From: Candidatus Rokuibacteriota bacterium
GTDB lineage: Bacteria > Methylomirabilota > Methylomirabilia > Rokubacteriales > DASRDR01
Assembly: GCA_044866005.1 (NCBI GenBank)
Contig: JBIOTN010000057.1
Location: 6,067 to 70,066 of the forward strand
DNA: 64,000 nucleotides
Direction of reading: 5' to 3'
Shown: positions 36,691 to 46,114 of the stretch, piece by piece
How positions within the stretch are numbered: the stretch's first letter is position 1
How the letters are laid out: every line of letters starts with the position of its first letter
Translations under genes and position numbers: made by a program
The notes under the pieces: generated by a model
What the model saw: only the letters and a program-made list of their open reading frames with translations
Told to the model about the DNA's origin: nothing
Databases searched by the model: none

Positions 36691-36715
36691 CCGGGGGCGG
36701 CGGGAGGCGAGTGCC

Positions 36716-37909
36716 ATGACCGTGGGGGAGGGGATGGGACTCCTGCTGGCCGGGACGATGATCGCGGTCGGCGGGCTCGTGACGTGGGCGCTCCTGCGGC
36801 TCGCGGGGCGCGTCCGCGGCCTGGAGGCCGGCCAGGCCACGCCGGACGCGGCCGCCGCGCTGCTCCACCGGGAGATCGAGGCCGCCCGGGTCGAGGCGCG
36901 TCGCGGCCAGGAGTCGGCGCTCGCGGCGGTGCGCCACGAGGTCACCCAGTTCGGCGGCCAGGTCGGCCAGCAACTCGGCCAGGTGCAGGCGGCCGTGACG
37001 ACCCACCTCCAGCAGGTGACGGCCGAGGTGAACCGCCAGCTGCAGGAAGGGATGGCGCTCATCCAGACGGCGCAGGCCGCGATGGGGCAGCGCCTCGATC
37101 AGGCGGCCCAGGCCGTGAGCCAGGTGCACGGCCAGCTCGGCACCCTCACCGAGGCGACGCGACGGATGGAACAGGTGGGCCGGGACATCGCGGGGCTCGA
37201 GCAGATCCTGCGCGCCCCCAAGATCCGCGGAGGGCTCGGGGAGATCCTCCTCGAGCGGCTGCTGGGCGAGATCCTGCCGACCGGGAGCTACCGGCTCCAG
37301 CACGCGTTCCAGAGCGGGGACAAGGTCGACGCGGCCATCCTCCTGGCCGACCGCCTCGTGCCGGTGGACTCCAAGTTCCCGCTCGAGAACTTCCGGCGGC
37401 TGGTCGAGGAACCGCAGGAGGACCGGCGTCGCCAGGCGCGCCGCGCGTTCTTCCGGGACGTGCGGAACCGGGTGGACGACGTGGCGAAGAAGTACATCCT
37501 GCCGGACGAGGGCACGTTCGATTTCGCGCTCATGTACATCCCGGCCGAGAACGTCTACTACGAGGTGATCGTCAAGGACGAGGAGGAGGGCGGGGACTCG
37601 CTCCTCTCCTACGCGCTCTCGCGCCGCGTGATCCCCGTGTCGCCGAACTGCTTCTACGCCTACCTCCAGGTGATCCTGCTCGGCCTGAAAGGCCTGCGGA
37701 TCGAGCAGAACGCACGGGAGATCCTGACCGCGCTCGGCCGGCTCACCGGCGACCTCACCCGCTTCCGCGACCACTTCGACACCCTCGGCAAGCACGTCAC
37801 CAACGCCAAGAACAAGTACGACGAGGCGACCACGGCGCTCGCCCGCTTCGAGGCGAAGCTCGAGAGCGTCGAGGGCCGCGGCGACCAGCCCGCGCTGCCC
37901 GGCGTCTAG
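36716..37909 (+). CDS. rmuC: DNA recombination protein RmuC
   Basis: ORF 36716..37909. N-terminal TM helix and coiled coil. RmuC nuclease-like core DAAILLADRLVPVDSKFPLENF...ALMYIPAENVYYE...VIPVSPN. Confidence 0.85.
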   Translation: MTVGEGMGLLLAGTMIAVGGLVTWALLRLAGRVRGLEAGQATPDAAAALLHREIEAARVEARRGQESALAAVRHEVTQFGGQVGQQLGQVQAAVTTHLQQVTAEVNRQLQEGMALIQTAQAAMGQRLDQAAQAVSQVHGQLGTLTEATRRMEQVGRDIAGLEQILRAPKIRGGLGEILLERLLGEILPTGSYRLQHAFQSGDKVDAAILLADRLVPVDSKFPLENFRRLVEEPQEDRRRQARRAFFRDVRNRVDDVAKKYILPDEGTFDFALMYIPAENVYYEVIVKDEEEGGDSLLSYALSRRVIPVSPNCFYAYLQVILLGLKGLRIEQNAREILTALGRLTGDLTRFRDHFDTLGKHVTNAKNKYDEATTALARFEAKLESVEGRGDQPALPGV

Positions 37910-37927
37910 CGTCGAGGGGGCGAGGCG

Positions 37928-38875
37928 GTGAGCGAGGCACCGGTGCGCGGCAACCCGGCAGCCACCGCCGAGTGGTCCATCGACGAGCACGGGGCGCTCA
38001 CGGAGACGCGCTTCCTGGACCTCCCCCTGGTCTCGCGCGGCAAGGTCCGGGACATGTACGACCTCGGCGAGCACCTCCTCATCGTCACCACCGACCGCAT
38101 CAGCGCATTCGACTGGGTCCTGCCGAACGGGATTCCCGAGAAGGGGAAGGTCCTCAACCAGCTCTCGGCCTTCTGGTTCGGCGTCCTCCAGGACGTCGTG
38201 CCGCACCACCTCGTGGCCACGGACGTCGGCGCCGACCGCCGCGTGCCCGCGCGCTATGGGTCCCTGCTCGCCGGCCGGTCGATGATCGTCCGGAAGGCCG
38301 AGGTCTTCCCCGTCGAGTGCGTGGCGCGCGGCTACCTCATCGGCTCGGGGTGGCGGGACTACCAGAAGACCGGAACGGTCTGCGGGCTCCGCCTGGCGCC
38401 GGGCCTCACGCTCGCCGCGCGGCTGCCGGAGGTCATCTTCACGCCCGCCACCAAGGCCCAGTCCGGCCACGACGAGAACATCGACTTCGAGCGCATGCGC
38501 GCGCTCCTCGGGGCCCCCGTGGCCGACGAGCTGCGGCGGCTCACGATCGAGCTCTACGGGCGGGGCACGGCGCTCGCCGGCCGCTGCGGGATCATCATCG
38601 CCGACACGAAGTTCGAGTTCGGTCGCCACGCCGGGCGCATCCATCTGGTGGACGAAGCGCTGACCCCCGACTCCTCGCGGTTCTGGCCCGCGGACGCGTA
38701 CGCCCCCGGGCAGTCGCCGCCGTCCTTCGACAAGCAGTTCGTCCGCGACTGGCTGGAGACGACGTCGTGGGACAAGAACTCGCCGCCGCCGCGACTGCCG
38801 CCCGGCATCGTCGCGCAGACGCGCGAGAAGTATATCGAGGCGCTCGTACGGTTGACGGGGCACGGTCTTGCGTGA
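37928..38875 (+). CDS. purC: Phosphoribosylaminoimidazole-succinocarboxamide (SAICAR) synthase
   Basis: ORF 37928..38875. GKVRDMYDLGEHLLIVTTDRISAFD, IADTKFEFG, DKQFVRDWL. Confidence 0.9.
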   Translation: MSEAPVRGNPAATAEWSIDEHGALTETRFLDLPLVSRGKVRDMYDLGEHLLIVTTDRISAFDWVLPNGIPEKGKVLNQLSAFWFGVLQDVVPHHLVATDVGADRRVPARYGSLLAGRSMIVRKAEVFPVECVARGYLIGSGWRDYQKTGTVCGLRLAPGLTLAARLPEVIFTPATKAQSGHDENIDFERMRALLGAPVADELRRLTIELYGRGTALAGRCGIIIADTKFEFGRHAGRIHLVDEALTPDSSRFWPADAYAPGQSPPSFDKQFVRDWLETTSWDKNSPPPRLPPGIVAQTREKYIEALVRLTGHGLA

Positions 38876-38893
38876 TCTCGCCCCAAGCGATTG

Positions 38894-38902
38894 TGCTATC
38901 AT
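38894..38902 (+). promoter_or_regulatory. Extended -10 element abutting the next start codon (leaderless candidate)
   Basis: TGcTATCAT. GTG 38909 and ATG 38912 lie 6-9 nt downstream, with no SD. Confidence 0.35.
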
Positions 38903-38911
38903 CCATCGGTG

Positions 38912-39217
38912 ATGGGATCGCTGCCGCCCTGTCAGGTCTACGGCATCAACATCCTCGTCAAGCTGCTCTCGGAAGCGCCACCCGGCGTGCGGCTCTACTG
39001 TCCCAAGGGCTCGCCGATCCGGTACGGCGTCGTGGTCGGACGCGGCGACGGCTTCGACGAGGGCGCCAACACGTTCCGCGAGATGCCGCCCATGGAGGCC
39101 GTCGTCGCCTTCGAGGAGACGGCCGAGGAAGTCGAGGGACACTACTTCTACGTGAGCGGCGAAGAGTTCCGGGTCCTGCGGCTGGATTCGGTGATCCTCG
39201 CCTTCCCCCGCGAGTAG
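38912..39217 (+). CDS. Hypothetical 101-aa protein with a GroES/Cpn10-like sequence pattern (tentative)
   Basis: ORF 38891..39217 (TTG) trimmed to ATG 38912. INILVKLL..GVRLY...RYGVVVGRGDG...AVVAFEE...EEFRVLRLDSVILAF parallels GroES (VIVK..GIVL..RGEVLAVGNG..IVIFND..EEVLIMSESDILAI). Confidence 0.45.
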   Translation: MGSLPPCQVYGINILVKLLSEAPPGVRLYCPKGSPIRYGVVVGRGDGFDEGANTFREMPPMEAVVAFEETAEEVEGHYFYVSGEEFRVLRLDSVILAFPRE

Positions 39218-39221
39218 GCGG

Positions 39222-39340
39222 CCGTGCCGACAACCGTCGCATCCGGGTGTCCTCGGTCCTCGCCGAGCCTCAACGTACAACTGCGTACGCCTCGGCTCGG
39301 CTCGTCCCTGCGTCCTAGGGCTGCTCGGTTCTCGGCACGC
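39222..39340 (+). repeat. Intergenic structured repeat, copy B
   Basis: Aligns with copies A and C. Central hairpin at 39262..39301 with a perfect 8-bp outer stem. Confidence 0.8.
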
Positions 39341-39471
39341 CCCTAGGAGAGGGGGCTCGCGCGCTGGCTGAGGAGTCTCCGCCACGGCTGCGGCCCGTCG
39401 AGGCGTTCCCCGCGACGATCGACGGCCGCGAGGTAATCTGCCTCCGGGACCCCTCGGCGGTCGCCGAGGCG

Positions 39472-40605
39472 GTGCTCAGCGTGCCGCGGCCGGTCGTCGA
39501 GATCCTGGCCCTCCTCGACGGCACCCGCTCGATCGCCGACGTCCAGGCCGAAATCATGCGCCGTCACGGGGCGCTCGTGGCCCGCGACCAGATCGCCGCG
39601 CTCGTCGAGACGCTCGACCGGCACCTGTTCCTCGAAGGCGCGCGGCTCGAGGCCGAGCGCGAGCGGCTGGCCGGGCTGTTCCGGTCGAGCCCCGTGCGGC
39701 CGGCGGCCCACGCCGGAAAGGCGTACGCGGGCGACGCGGAGGCGCTGGCGGCCGAGCTGGCGGGGTTCTTCGTCCACCCCGATGGGCCCGGCGCGATCGG
39801 CCCGCCGGGGGTCCCGCGCCTCCGCGGGCTCGTCGCGCCGCACATCGACTTCCGGCGCGGGGGACCGGCGTACGCCTGGGCTTACAAGGCCGTCGCCGAG
39901 GCCTGCCAGGCCGACTGCTTCATCGTGCTCGGCACCGCGCACGCCGGCCTCGACGGTCACCCCTTCGCGGCGACGCGGAAGCCCTACGACACCCCCTTCG
40001 GCCCGCTCGCCGTCGACGACGAGGTGCTGGAGGCCGTCATCCGGCGGGCGCCGGGCGACCTCTTCGCCGCCGAGCTGGCGCACCGGTCGGAGCACTCGAT
40101 CGAGTTCCAGGCCGTCTGCCTCCGGTACCTCGCCCGGGCCCGCGGCGAGGCGCGCATCGTGCCGATCCTCGCGAGCTTCGCTCACGAGGCGATCGCGACG
40201 GGAGGCGACCCCGCGACGGAGCCCGCGATCGCCGGCGTGCTCGACGCCGTGCGCGCGGCGATCGCGACGGTCCCGCGGCGCTACTGCGTCGTCGCGGGGG
40301 CCGACCTCGCCCACGTCGGACCGCGCTTCGGGGACCCGACGCCGCTGGCGCCGGCCGACTTCGCGCGCGTCGAGGCGGAGGACCGGGCGCTCCTGTCGCT
40401 CGTGGCGAGCGTGGATCCGGGTGGCTTCCTCACCACCGTCGCCCGCGACGGGGACCGGCGGCGGATCTGCGGGCTGTCGCCGATCTACGCGCTGCTGGCC
40501 GTCCTCCCCGGCGGGCGAGGCCGGCTCCTCCACTACGGCCAGTGGCCCGACCCCCACGGCACCGTGACCTTCGCCAGCGTCGCGTTCGAGGAGGCGGGGC
40601 CGTGA
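39472..40605 (+). CDS. MEMO1/AmmeMemoRadiSam-B family protein with PqqD/RRE-like N-terminal domain (true start probably upstream, CTG 39364)
   Basis: ORF 39472..40605 (GTG). Memo motifs PAAHAGKAYAGDAEAL, LVAPHIDFRRGGPAYAWAY, VLGTAHAG, EHSIEFQ, ADLAHVG. N-terminus PVVEILALLDGTRSIADVQAEIMRRHG...IAALVETLDRHLFLEG is PqqD-like. The open frame extends to 39319 with conserved-looking beta strands but only CTG codons. Confidence 0.75.
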   Translation: MLSVPRPVVEILALLDGTRSIADVQAEIMRRHGALVARDQIAALVETLDRHLFLEGARLEAERERLAGLFRSSPVRPAAHAGKAYAGDAEALAAELAGFFVHPDGPGAIGPPGVPRLRGLVAPHIDFRRGGPAYAWAYKAVAEACQADCFIVLGTAHAGLDGHPFAATRKPYDTPFGPLAVDDEVLEAVIRRAPGDLFAAELAHRSEHSIEFQAVCLRYLARARGEARIVPILASFAHEAIATGGDPATEPAIAGVLDAVRAAIATVPRRYCVVAGADLAHVGPRFGDPTPLAPADFARVEAEDRALLSLVASVDPGGFLTTVARDGDRRRICGLSPIYALLAVLPGGRGRLLHYGQWPDPHGTVTFASVAFEEAGP

Positions 40606-40633
40606 CGGGCGGGCGACCGGGCCGGAGGGCCGG

Positions 40634-41119
40634 GTGACGGCCGGCGGCCCGTCGAGCGCGTGGGCCCTGCCACCCGGCACGTTCCGGATCGACCGGGAGG
40701 GCGTCTGGCGTCACGAGGGTCAGGAGGTCACGCACCCCGGCGTGGTCCGGAATCTCTACGCGAACCTCCGGGTCGACGCCGACGGGCACTACCTCCAGGT
40801 CGGCCCGGCCCGGGTCCCGGTGGACGTGGAGGACGCGCCCTTCGTCGTCACCCGTGTGGAACCGACGGCCGATCGCGACGATACGCCGCGGCCCCTACGA
40901 CTTTACCTGAGCGACGGCAGCGACGAGGCGCTCGATCCGACCGGGGTGGTCATCGGGGTCCGTCAGACGCCCTACTGCCGGGTGAAGGACGGTCGCTTCA
41001 AGGCGCGGTTCTCCCTGCCGGCCTGGCTCCAGCTCGCCGCCTTCGTCGAGGAGGAGCCGGAGACGGGCGCGGTCGCGCTCGTCCTGGGCGACCGCCGGAT
41101 TCGCCTCCCGCGAGGGTGA
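40634..41119 (+). CDS. DUF1285-family protein
   Basis: ORF 40634..41119. FRIDREGVWRHEGQEVTHPGVVRNLYANLRVDADGHYLQVG...VDVEDAPFVV. Confidence 0.7.
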   Translation: MTAGGPSSAWALPPGTFRIDREGVWRHEGQEVTHPGVVRNLYANLRVDADGHYLQVGPARVPVDVEDAPFVVTRVEPTADRDDTPRPLRLYLSDGSDEALDPTGVVIGVRQTPYCRVKDGRFKARFSLPAWLQLAAFVEEEPETGAVALVLGDRRIRLPRG

Positions 41120-41121
41120 GC

Positions 41122-41664
41122 GTGGCGCGACCCGCCGGCCTCGGCATCGTCGCGGCCCTCGGCCTCGTGGCGGCGGTCGGGCTCGGGCCCGCCACGCCCC
41201 GCGCGGCGCCACCCGAGCCCGAGCCCGCGCCCGAGGTCGGGCGCGAGGCGCCGGACTTCACCCTCCCCGACCTGGACGGCGGGCCCGTCCGCCTCGCCGG
41301 GTTCCGGGGCCGGCAGGCGGTCCTCGTCAACTTCTGGGCGACCTGGTGCGTGCCGTGCCGGGAGGAGATGCCGATGCTCGACCGGCTCTGGCGCCAGCGC
41401 CGCGACACGCTCGTCGTCCTCGGGGTGAGCCTCGACACGGCCAGCCCCGCGCGCGTCCGCGCATTCGTCCGGGAGGTGGGCGCCGGCTTCCCGATCCTGC
41501 GCGATCCGGACCAGACCGTGGCGAGGCGCTACCGGCTGCGCGGCGTCCCGTCCTCCTTCCTCGTCGATCGGGGCGGCGTGATCCGGTACCGGGAGGTGGG
41601 ATACCGGGACTGGACCGATGCCGAGTCGCGCCGGATGGTCGAGGAGACCCTCCGGGCGAGGTGA
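41122..41664 (+). CDS. TlpA/ResA-like periplasmic thiol:disulfide oxidoreductase
   Basis: 3' part of ORF 40660..41664 from GTG 41122. Signal anchor. APDFTLPDLDG..V.L..F.G..VLVNFWATWCVPCREEMP. Confidence 0.85.
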   Translation: MARPAGLGIVAALGLVAAVGLGPATPRAAPPEPEPAPEVGREAPDFTLPDLDGGPVRLAGFRGRQAVLVNFWATWCVPCREEMPMLDRLWRQRRDTLVVLGVSLDTASPARVRAFVREVGAGFPILRDPDQTVARRYRLRGVPSSFLVDRGGVIRYREVGYRDWTDAESRRMVEETLRAR

Positions 41665-41915
41665 GGCGTGGGGGGGCCTGTTCCCGCCGGCGGGTCCGGG
41701 GTATCCTCGGGCGGGCTCGCCGCTGCATCGATCCCGAGGTGAACCGCGCCGGGGTGAGCCAGGACGACTGCCGAGCCGCCCGGTGCTCGGGCGGGCGACG
41801 AGGGCGGGCACGCGATGATCTCGTTCAACCTGACGCGGACGACGGCGCGCGCCGAGGAGCTCCTGGCGCGGGCGCGGGGGACCGGCGCCTGAGGCGCCGC
41901 CCCGGGGAGGGACGG

Positions 41916-42926
41916 ATGCGGAGGCACGGCAGACGGGCGTTCGTGGGAGCGGCGGCCCTCCTGGTCGCCGCGGGCGCCGCGCTGGCGACCGGCTGGCCGG
42001 GGACCGCCCGGGCGCAGGGCGCGATCCAGATCCGGCTCGGCCTGGCGGCCAACCCGGGCTCGCTGCTCTTCATCACGGCCGAGGACTACGCCCGGCGGGT
42101 GAACGACGGGCTCAAGGGCCGGGTGGAGGTCAAGGTCTTCCCGTCGAGCCAGCTGGGGACCGACGAGCAGATGATCAAGGGCGTCCGGGCGGGGACGCTC
42201 GAGATGTTCGTGCCTTCCACGATCATGAGCACCGTCGAGCCGAAGTACGGCGTGTTCGAGATGCCGTATCTGGTGAAGGACTGGAGCCACATCCGGCGGC
42301 TGGCCGCCAGCGCGGAGATCAAGCGCGCCCTCTTCGAGCCGCTGCCGGCGAAGGGGGTCCGGGCCCTGGCGCTCTGGGAGAACGGGTTCCGCCACATCAC
42401 GAACAACATCCGGCCCATCGTGAAGCCCGACGACCTCAAGGGGGTCAAGCTCCGCGTGCCCTCCGGCGTCTGGCGGGTCAAGATGTTCAAGCTCTACGGC
42501 GCCAACCCCACCCCGCTGGCCTACGCCGAGGTCTACTCCGCGCTCCAGTCCGGCGTGATGGATGGCCAGGAGAACCCGTTCGTGCAGATCTGGTCGGGCC
42601 GCTTCCACGAGGTGCAGAAGTACCTGTCGCTCACCGGGCACGTCTACTCGCCCGCCTACCCCGTGGTGGCGGAGAAGTGGTGGCAGTCGCTGCCGGCGGA
42701 CGTGCGGGCGGCCCTGGAGCGCGCGGCCGTCGAGACGCAGGAGGTCGCGTGGCGGGAAGGGGAGCGGCTGGACAAGGAGTTGCTCGGCAAGCTCGCGGCG
42801 ACGCTCAAGGTGAACGAAGCCGACAAGGCCGCCTTCATCCACGCCTCCAAGCCGGTCTACGAGGAGTTCGCCAGGGAGGTGCCCGGCGGAGGGGAGCTGA
42901 TCAGGCTCTTCCAGTCCCTCATGTGA
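41916..42926 (+). CDS. dctP: TRAP transporter substrate-binding protein (DctP family)
   Basis: 3' part of ORF 41346..42926 from ATG 41916 (GGGGAGGGA SD). Tat/Sec-like signal. FPSSQLGTDEQMIKGVRAGTLEM, WENGFRHITNN, MDGQENP. Confidence 0.85.
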   Translation: MRRHGRRAFVGAAALLVAAGAALATGWPGTARAQGAIQIRLGLAANPGSLLFITAEDYARRVNDGLKGRVEVKVFPSSQLGTDEQMIKGVRAGTLEMFVPSTIMSTVEPKYGVFEMPYLVKDWSHIRRLAASAEIKRALFEPLPAKGVRALALWENGFRHITNNIRPIVKPDDLKGVKLRVPSGVWRVKMFKLYGANPTPLAYAEVYSALQSGVMDGQENPFVQIWSGRFHEVQKYLSLTGHVYSPAYPVVAEKWWQSLPADVRAALERAAVETQEVAWREGERLDKELLGKLAATLKVNEADKAAFIHASKPVYEEFAREVPGGGELIRLFQSLM

Positions 42927-42937
42927 GCGGCGGCCGG

Positions 42938-42964
42938 CCCGACACGCGTCGCCCCGGGTCGTCC
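42938..42964 (+). repeat. Truncated 5' fragment of the intergenic repeat (copy D)
   Basis: CGACACGCGTCGCCCCGGGTCGTCC matches copy A 22060..22084 with 1 mismatch, then diverges. Confidence 0.5.
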
Positions 42965-42975
42965 GGCACTCGCGC

Positions 42976-43485
42976 ATGACGCGCGCGCTTCGCCTCGTCG
43001 TCCTGCTGTTCGAGTGGTGGAGCGTCCTGCTCCTCGTCCTCATGGTCCTGATCGTCGTCGTGGGCGTCTTCTACCGCTACGTCCTCGACGCGTCGCTCGC
43101 CTGGTACGACGAGTTCGCCTCCTACCTGCTGGTCTGGCTGACCTTCTACGGCGCCGTGGTCGTCGCCTACCGCCGGCGCCACATCAGCTTCGACGTCCTC
43201 GTGGAGTGGTTCGGGCCGGCCGGCCGCCGCGCGCTGGGCATCGTGGCGGAGTGCCTGGTTCTCGCCTTCCAGGTTGTGCTCGCCTACTACGGCTGGGTCG
43301 CGCTGGACGCCATGGCGTTCGACATCGCCGTGTCCATCCCCTGGGTCCGCATGAGCTGGATCTACAGCGTCCTGCCCATCTCCGGCGCCCTGATGCTCCT
43401 GATCAGCGCGGTCCGCCTGGCGGACCTCGTCCGCGGGACGGAGGAGGTCCGGCCCGCCGCGCCCGTCCCGCGCGCGGCCGAGTGA
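42976..43485 (+). CDS. dctQ: TRAP transporter small permease (DctQ)
   Basis: ORF 42976..43485. Four TM helices. Position between dctP and dctM. Confidence 0.8.
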   Translation: MTRALRLVVLLFEWWSVLLLVLMVLIVVVGVFYRYVLDASLAWYDEFASYLLVWLTFYGAVVVAYRRRHISFDVLVEWFGPAGRRALGIVAECLVLAFQVVLAYYGWVALDAMAFDIAVSIPWVRMSWIYSVLPISGALMLLISAVRLADLVRGTEEVRPAAPVPRAAE

Positions 43486-44762
43486 TGGAAGCCCTCATCA
43501 TCGGGCTCCTCGTCCTGCTCGTCCTGCTCAACGTGCCGATCGCGTGGGCCCTCTGCCTCACGACCATCACCTTCGTCCTGGCGAAGGGCACGGCGCCCCT
43601 CACCACGGTGCCCCTGACCCTCTTCGCCGGCTCCTCCAGCTTCCCCCTGCTGGCGATCCCGCTCTTCATCCTGGCCGGCGGGCTCATGGAGACGGGCGGC
43701 ATCTCGCTGCGGCTGGTGAATTTCGCGCAGAGCCTGGTCGGCTTCATCCGGGGTGGACTGGCCATGGTGACGGTCGTGGCGACCATGATCCAGAGCGAGA
43801 TCTCGGGATCGTCGGTCGCGGACGCCGCGGCGATCGGCCGCGTGATGATCCCGGCGATGGCGCGGCGCGGCTACCCGCGCGCGCTCTCCGCCGCGATCGT
43901 CTCCAACGCCGCCTCCGCCGCGATCCTCATCCCGCCCTCGGTCCCCATGATCATCTACGCCTGGATGGCGGAGGCCTCCGTCGCCAGGCTCTTCATCGCC
44001 GGGTTCGTTCCCGGCTTCGTCGCGTGCGTCGCGATGATGGGGCTCTGTTACTACTACGCGCGGGTCCTGGACCTGCCCGTGGAGCAGGCCTTCAGCCTCC
44101 GGGAGGTCGGACGGACCGCGGTCGCCGCGGCCTGGGCCATGGTGGTTCCGGCCGTCATCTGGGGCGGCATCTTCGGCGGCGTGGCGACGGCCACGGAGGT
44201 GGCCGCCCTGGCGGCCGTGGCCGCGCTCGTGGTCGGCGTCTTCGTGTACCGCGAGATCCCGCTGGGAGGTCTCCGGCCGATCCTCGTGGACTCCATGATG
44301 CAGACCGCGATGGTCATGGTCATCGTCGCGGCGTCGGCCGTCCTCGGCTGGTACCTGACCAACGAGCAGCTCCCGCAGAAGTTCGCCCGGCTGATCCTCG
44401 AGACCACGCAGAACCGCTACCTGATCCTCTTCTTCCTCAACATCTTCTTCTTCGTCATCGGGATGTTCCTCCACTCCGCCGCCGCGATCCTGCTCGTCGT
44501 GCCGGTGGTGATGCCGCTCGTGCGGCAGGTGGGCATCGACCCCATCCACTTCGGGGTGATCGTGACCATCAACCTCGGCGTCGGCCAGCAGACCCCTCCC
44601 GTCGCCAGCGTGCTCTTCACGACCTCGGCGATCGCCGGGCTGTCGTTCTGGGAAGTGTTCCGGCGCGGTTGGCCGTTCACGCTCGTGCTCGCGCTCGTCA
44701 CGCTGCTCATCACCTACGTCCCGGTGCTCTCGCTCGGCCTCGTCCGCCTCGTCTATCCCTGA
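43485..44762 (+). CDS. dctM: TRAP transporter large permease (DctM)
   Basis: 3' part of ORF 43014..44762. ATG 43485 overlaps the dctQ stop. LLAIPLFILAGGLMETGGIS, EISGSSVADAAAIG. Confidence 0.9.
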   Translation: MEALIIGLLVLLVLLNVPIAWALCLTTITFVLAKGTAPLTTVPLTLFAGSSSFPLLAIPLFILAGGLMETGGISLRLVNFAQSLVGFIRGGLAMVTVVATMIQSEISGSSVADAAAIGRVMIPAMARRGYPRALSAAIVSNAASAAILIPPSVPMIIYAWMAEASVARLFIAGFVPGFVACVAMMGLCYYYARVLDLPVEQAFSLREVGRTAVAAAWAMVVPAVIWGGIFGGVATATEVAALAAVAALVVGVFVYREIPLGGLRPILVDSMMQTAMVMVIVAASAVLGWYLTNEQLPQKFARLILETTQNRYLILFFLNIFFFVIGMFLHSAAAILLVVPVVMPLVRQVGIDPIHFGVIVTINLGVGQQTPPVASVLFTTSAIAGLSFWEVFRRGWPFTLVLALVTLLITYVPVLSLGLVRLVYP

Positions 44763-45997
44763 TCCGGCGCGGACGCGAGCTCGGGAAAGCGCGCCGCCGC
44801 GGTGCGGCGCCAGGCGGCGAGGAGGGCGAGGACGGTGGCGAGCCCCAGGCCACCGCCGGTCAGGCAGGCGAACGGGACACCGACAGCCTCGCTCAGGGCG
44901 CCGAAGAAGAGCGACCCGATGGGCGTGACGCCGGCGAAGACCAGGGCGTAGAGGCTCATCACCCGGCCGCGGAGCGCGTCCGGCGCGGTGACCTGCAGGA
45001 TGGTGTTCGAGGTCCCCAGGAAGACGATCTGGGCGAAGCCGACGATCACGAGCACCGGGACGGCGACGGCGAACTGCCGGACGGCGGCGAGGGCCGCCGT
45101 GGCCACGGCCATCGCGGCCGCCGGCACGAAGAGCGCCATGAGCGGCGGCCGGCCGCGTCCCAGCGCGGCCAGGGCGAGGGCCCCGGCCAGCGCGCCCCCG
45201 CCGAGCGCGGACATGAGGAAGCCGAAGCCGTCCGCGTCCTGGTGGAGGACGTCCCGGGCCAGCAGGGGCACGAGCACGCCGTAGTTGAGGACGAAGACGC
45301 TCACCGCGAGGACCAGGCCCAGGACCAGCGCGACGCGCGGCGTGGTGACCGCGTAGCGGAGCCCGACCCGGATCTCCTCGCCCATCGTGGCGTGGCGGGG
45401 CCGGGGGGCACCTCCGGCCGGGATGGCGGCCAGCGCCAGGATCACGGCCACGAAGCTCAACCCGTTGAGCAGGAACGCCGCCGCCACGCCGTAGCGTGCC
45501 ACCAGGAGCCCGGCCGCCGCCGGCCCCACGATCCGCGCCGCGTTGAACACGGCCGAGTTCAGCGCGATCGCGTTGACGAGGTCGTCCTTGCCCACCAGCT
45601 CCACGACGTAGGACTGGCGGGCCGGCATGTCGAGCGTCGTGACCACGCCGAAGACGAGCGCCAGGAGGGCGACGTGCCAGTACGCGACCCGGCCGCTCCA
45701 GACGAGCGCGGCCAGCGCGAGAGCCTGCAGGAGCAGCGCGGTCTGCGTCGCCAGGAGCACGCGGCGCTTGGGCAGCCGGTCGGCCACCGCGCCCGCGGGG
45801 AGGGAGAGGAGGAGGATGGGCGTGAACTGGAGCGCGCTCACGAGGCCGAGCCGGAACGGCGAGCCGGTGAGCTCCAGGACCAGCCAGGACTGGCCCATCG
45901 ACTGCATCCACGTCCCGACGAGGGAGACGAGCTGTCCCGTCCAGAACAGCCGGAAGTCCCGGTGGCCGAGCGCGCGGAGCGCGGCGGGGAGCGGCAT
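44753..45997 (-). CDS. MFS transporter (EntS/DUF894-like)
   Basis: ORF 44753..45997. GGAGGA SD. FRLFWTGQLVSLVGTWMQ, GAVADRLPKRRVLL, 12 TM helices. Confidence 0.85.
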   Translation of the reverse strand: MPLPAALRALGHRDFRLFWTGQLVSLVGTWMQSMGQSWLVLELTGSPFRLGLVSALQFTPILLLSLPAGAVADRLPKRRVLLATQTALLLQALALAALVWSGRVAYWHVALLALVFGVVTTLDMPARQSYVVELVGKDDLVNAIALNSAVFNAARIVGPAAAGLLVARYGVAAAFLLNGLSFVAVILALAAIPAGGAPRPRHATMGEEIRVGLRYAVTTPRVALVLGLVLAVSVFVLNYGVLVPLLARDVLHQDADGFGFLMSALGGGALAGALALAALGRGRPPLMALFVPAAAMAVATAALAAVRQFAVAVPVLVIVGFAQIVFLGTSNTILQVTAPDALRGRVMSLYALVFAGVTPIGSLFFGALSEAVGVPFACLTGGGLGLATVLALLAAWRRTAAARFPELASAPDQG

Positions 45998-46114
45998 CCA
46001 CGTCCTCCGGTCGGCCCCCGGGCCCGACGGCGGCCGCGTGCCCCGCCGAGACGCCGCCGCCGCCGGGGCGACCGGCGGCGGCTCGGGACGGCGGGCGCCG
46101 GCGCGCGCCGGCGC

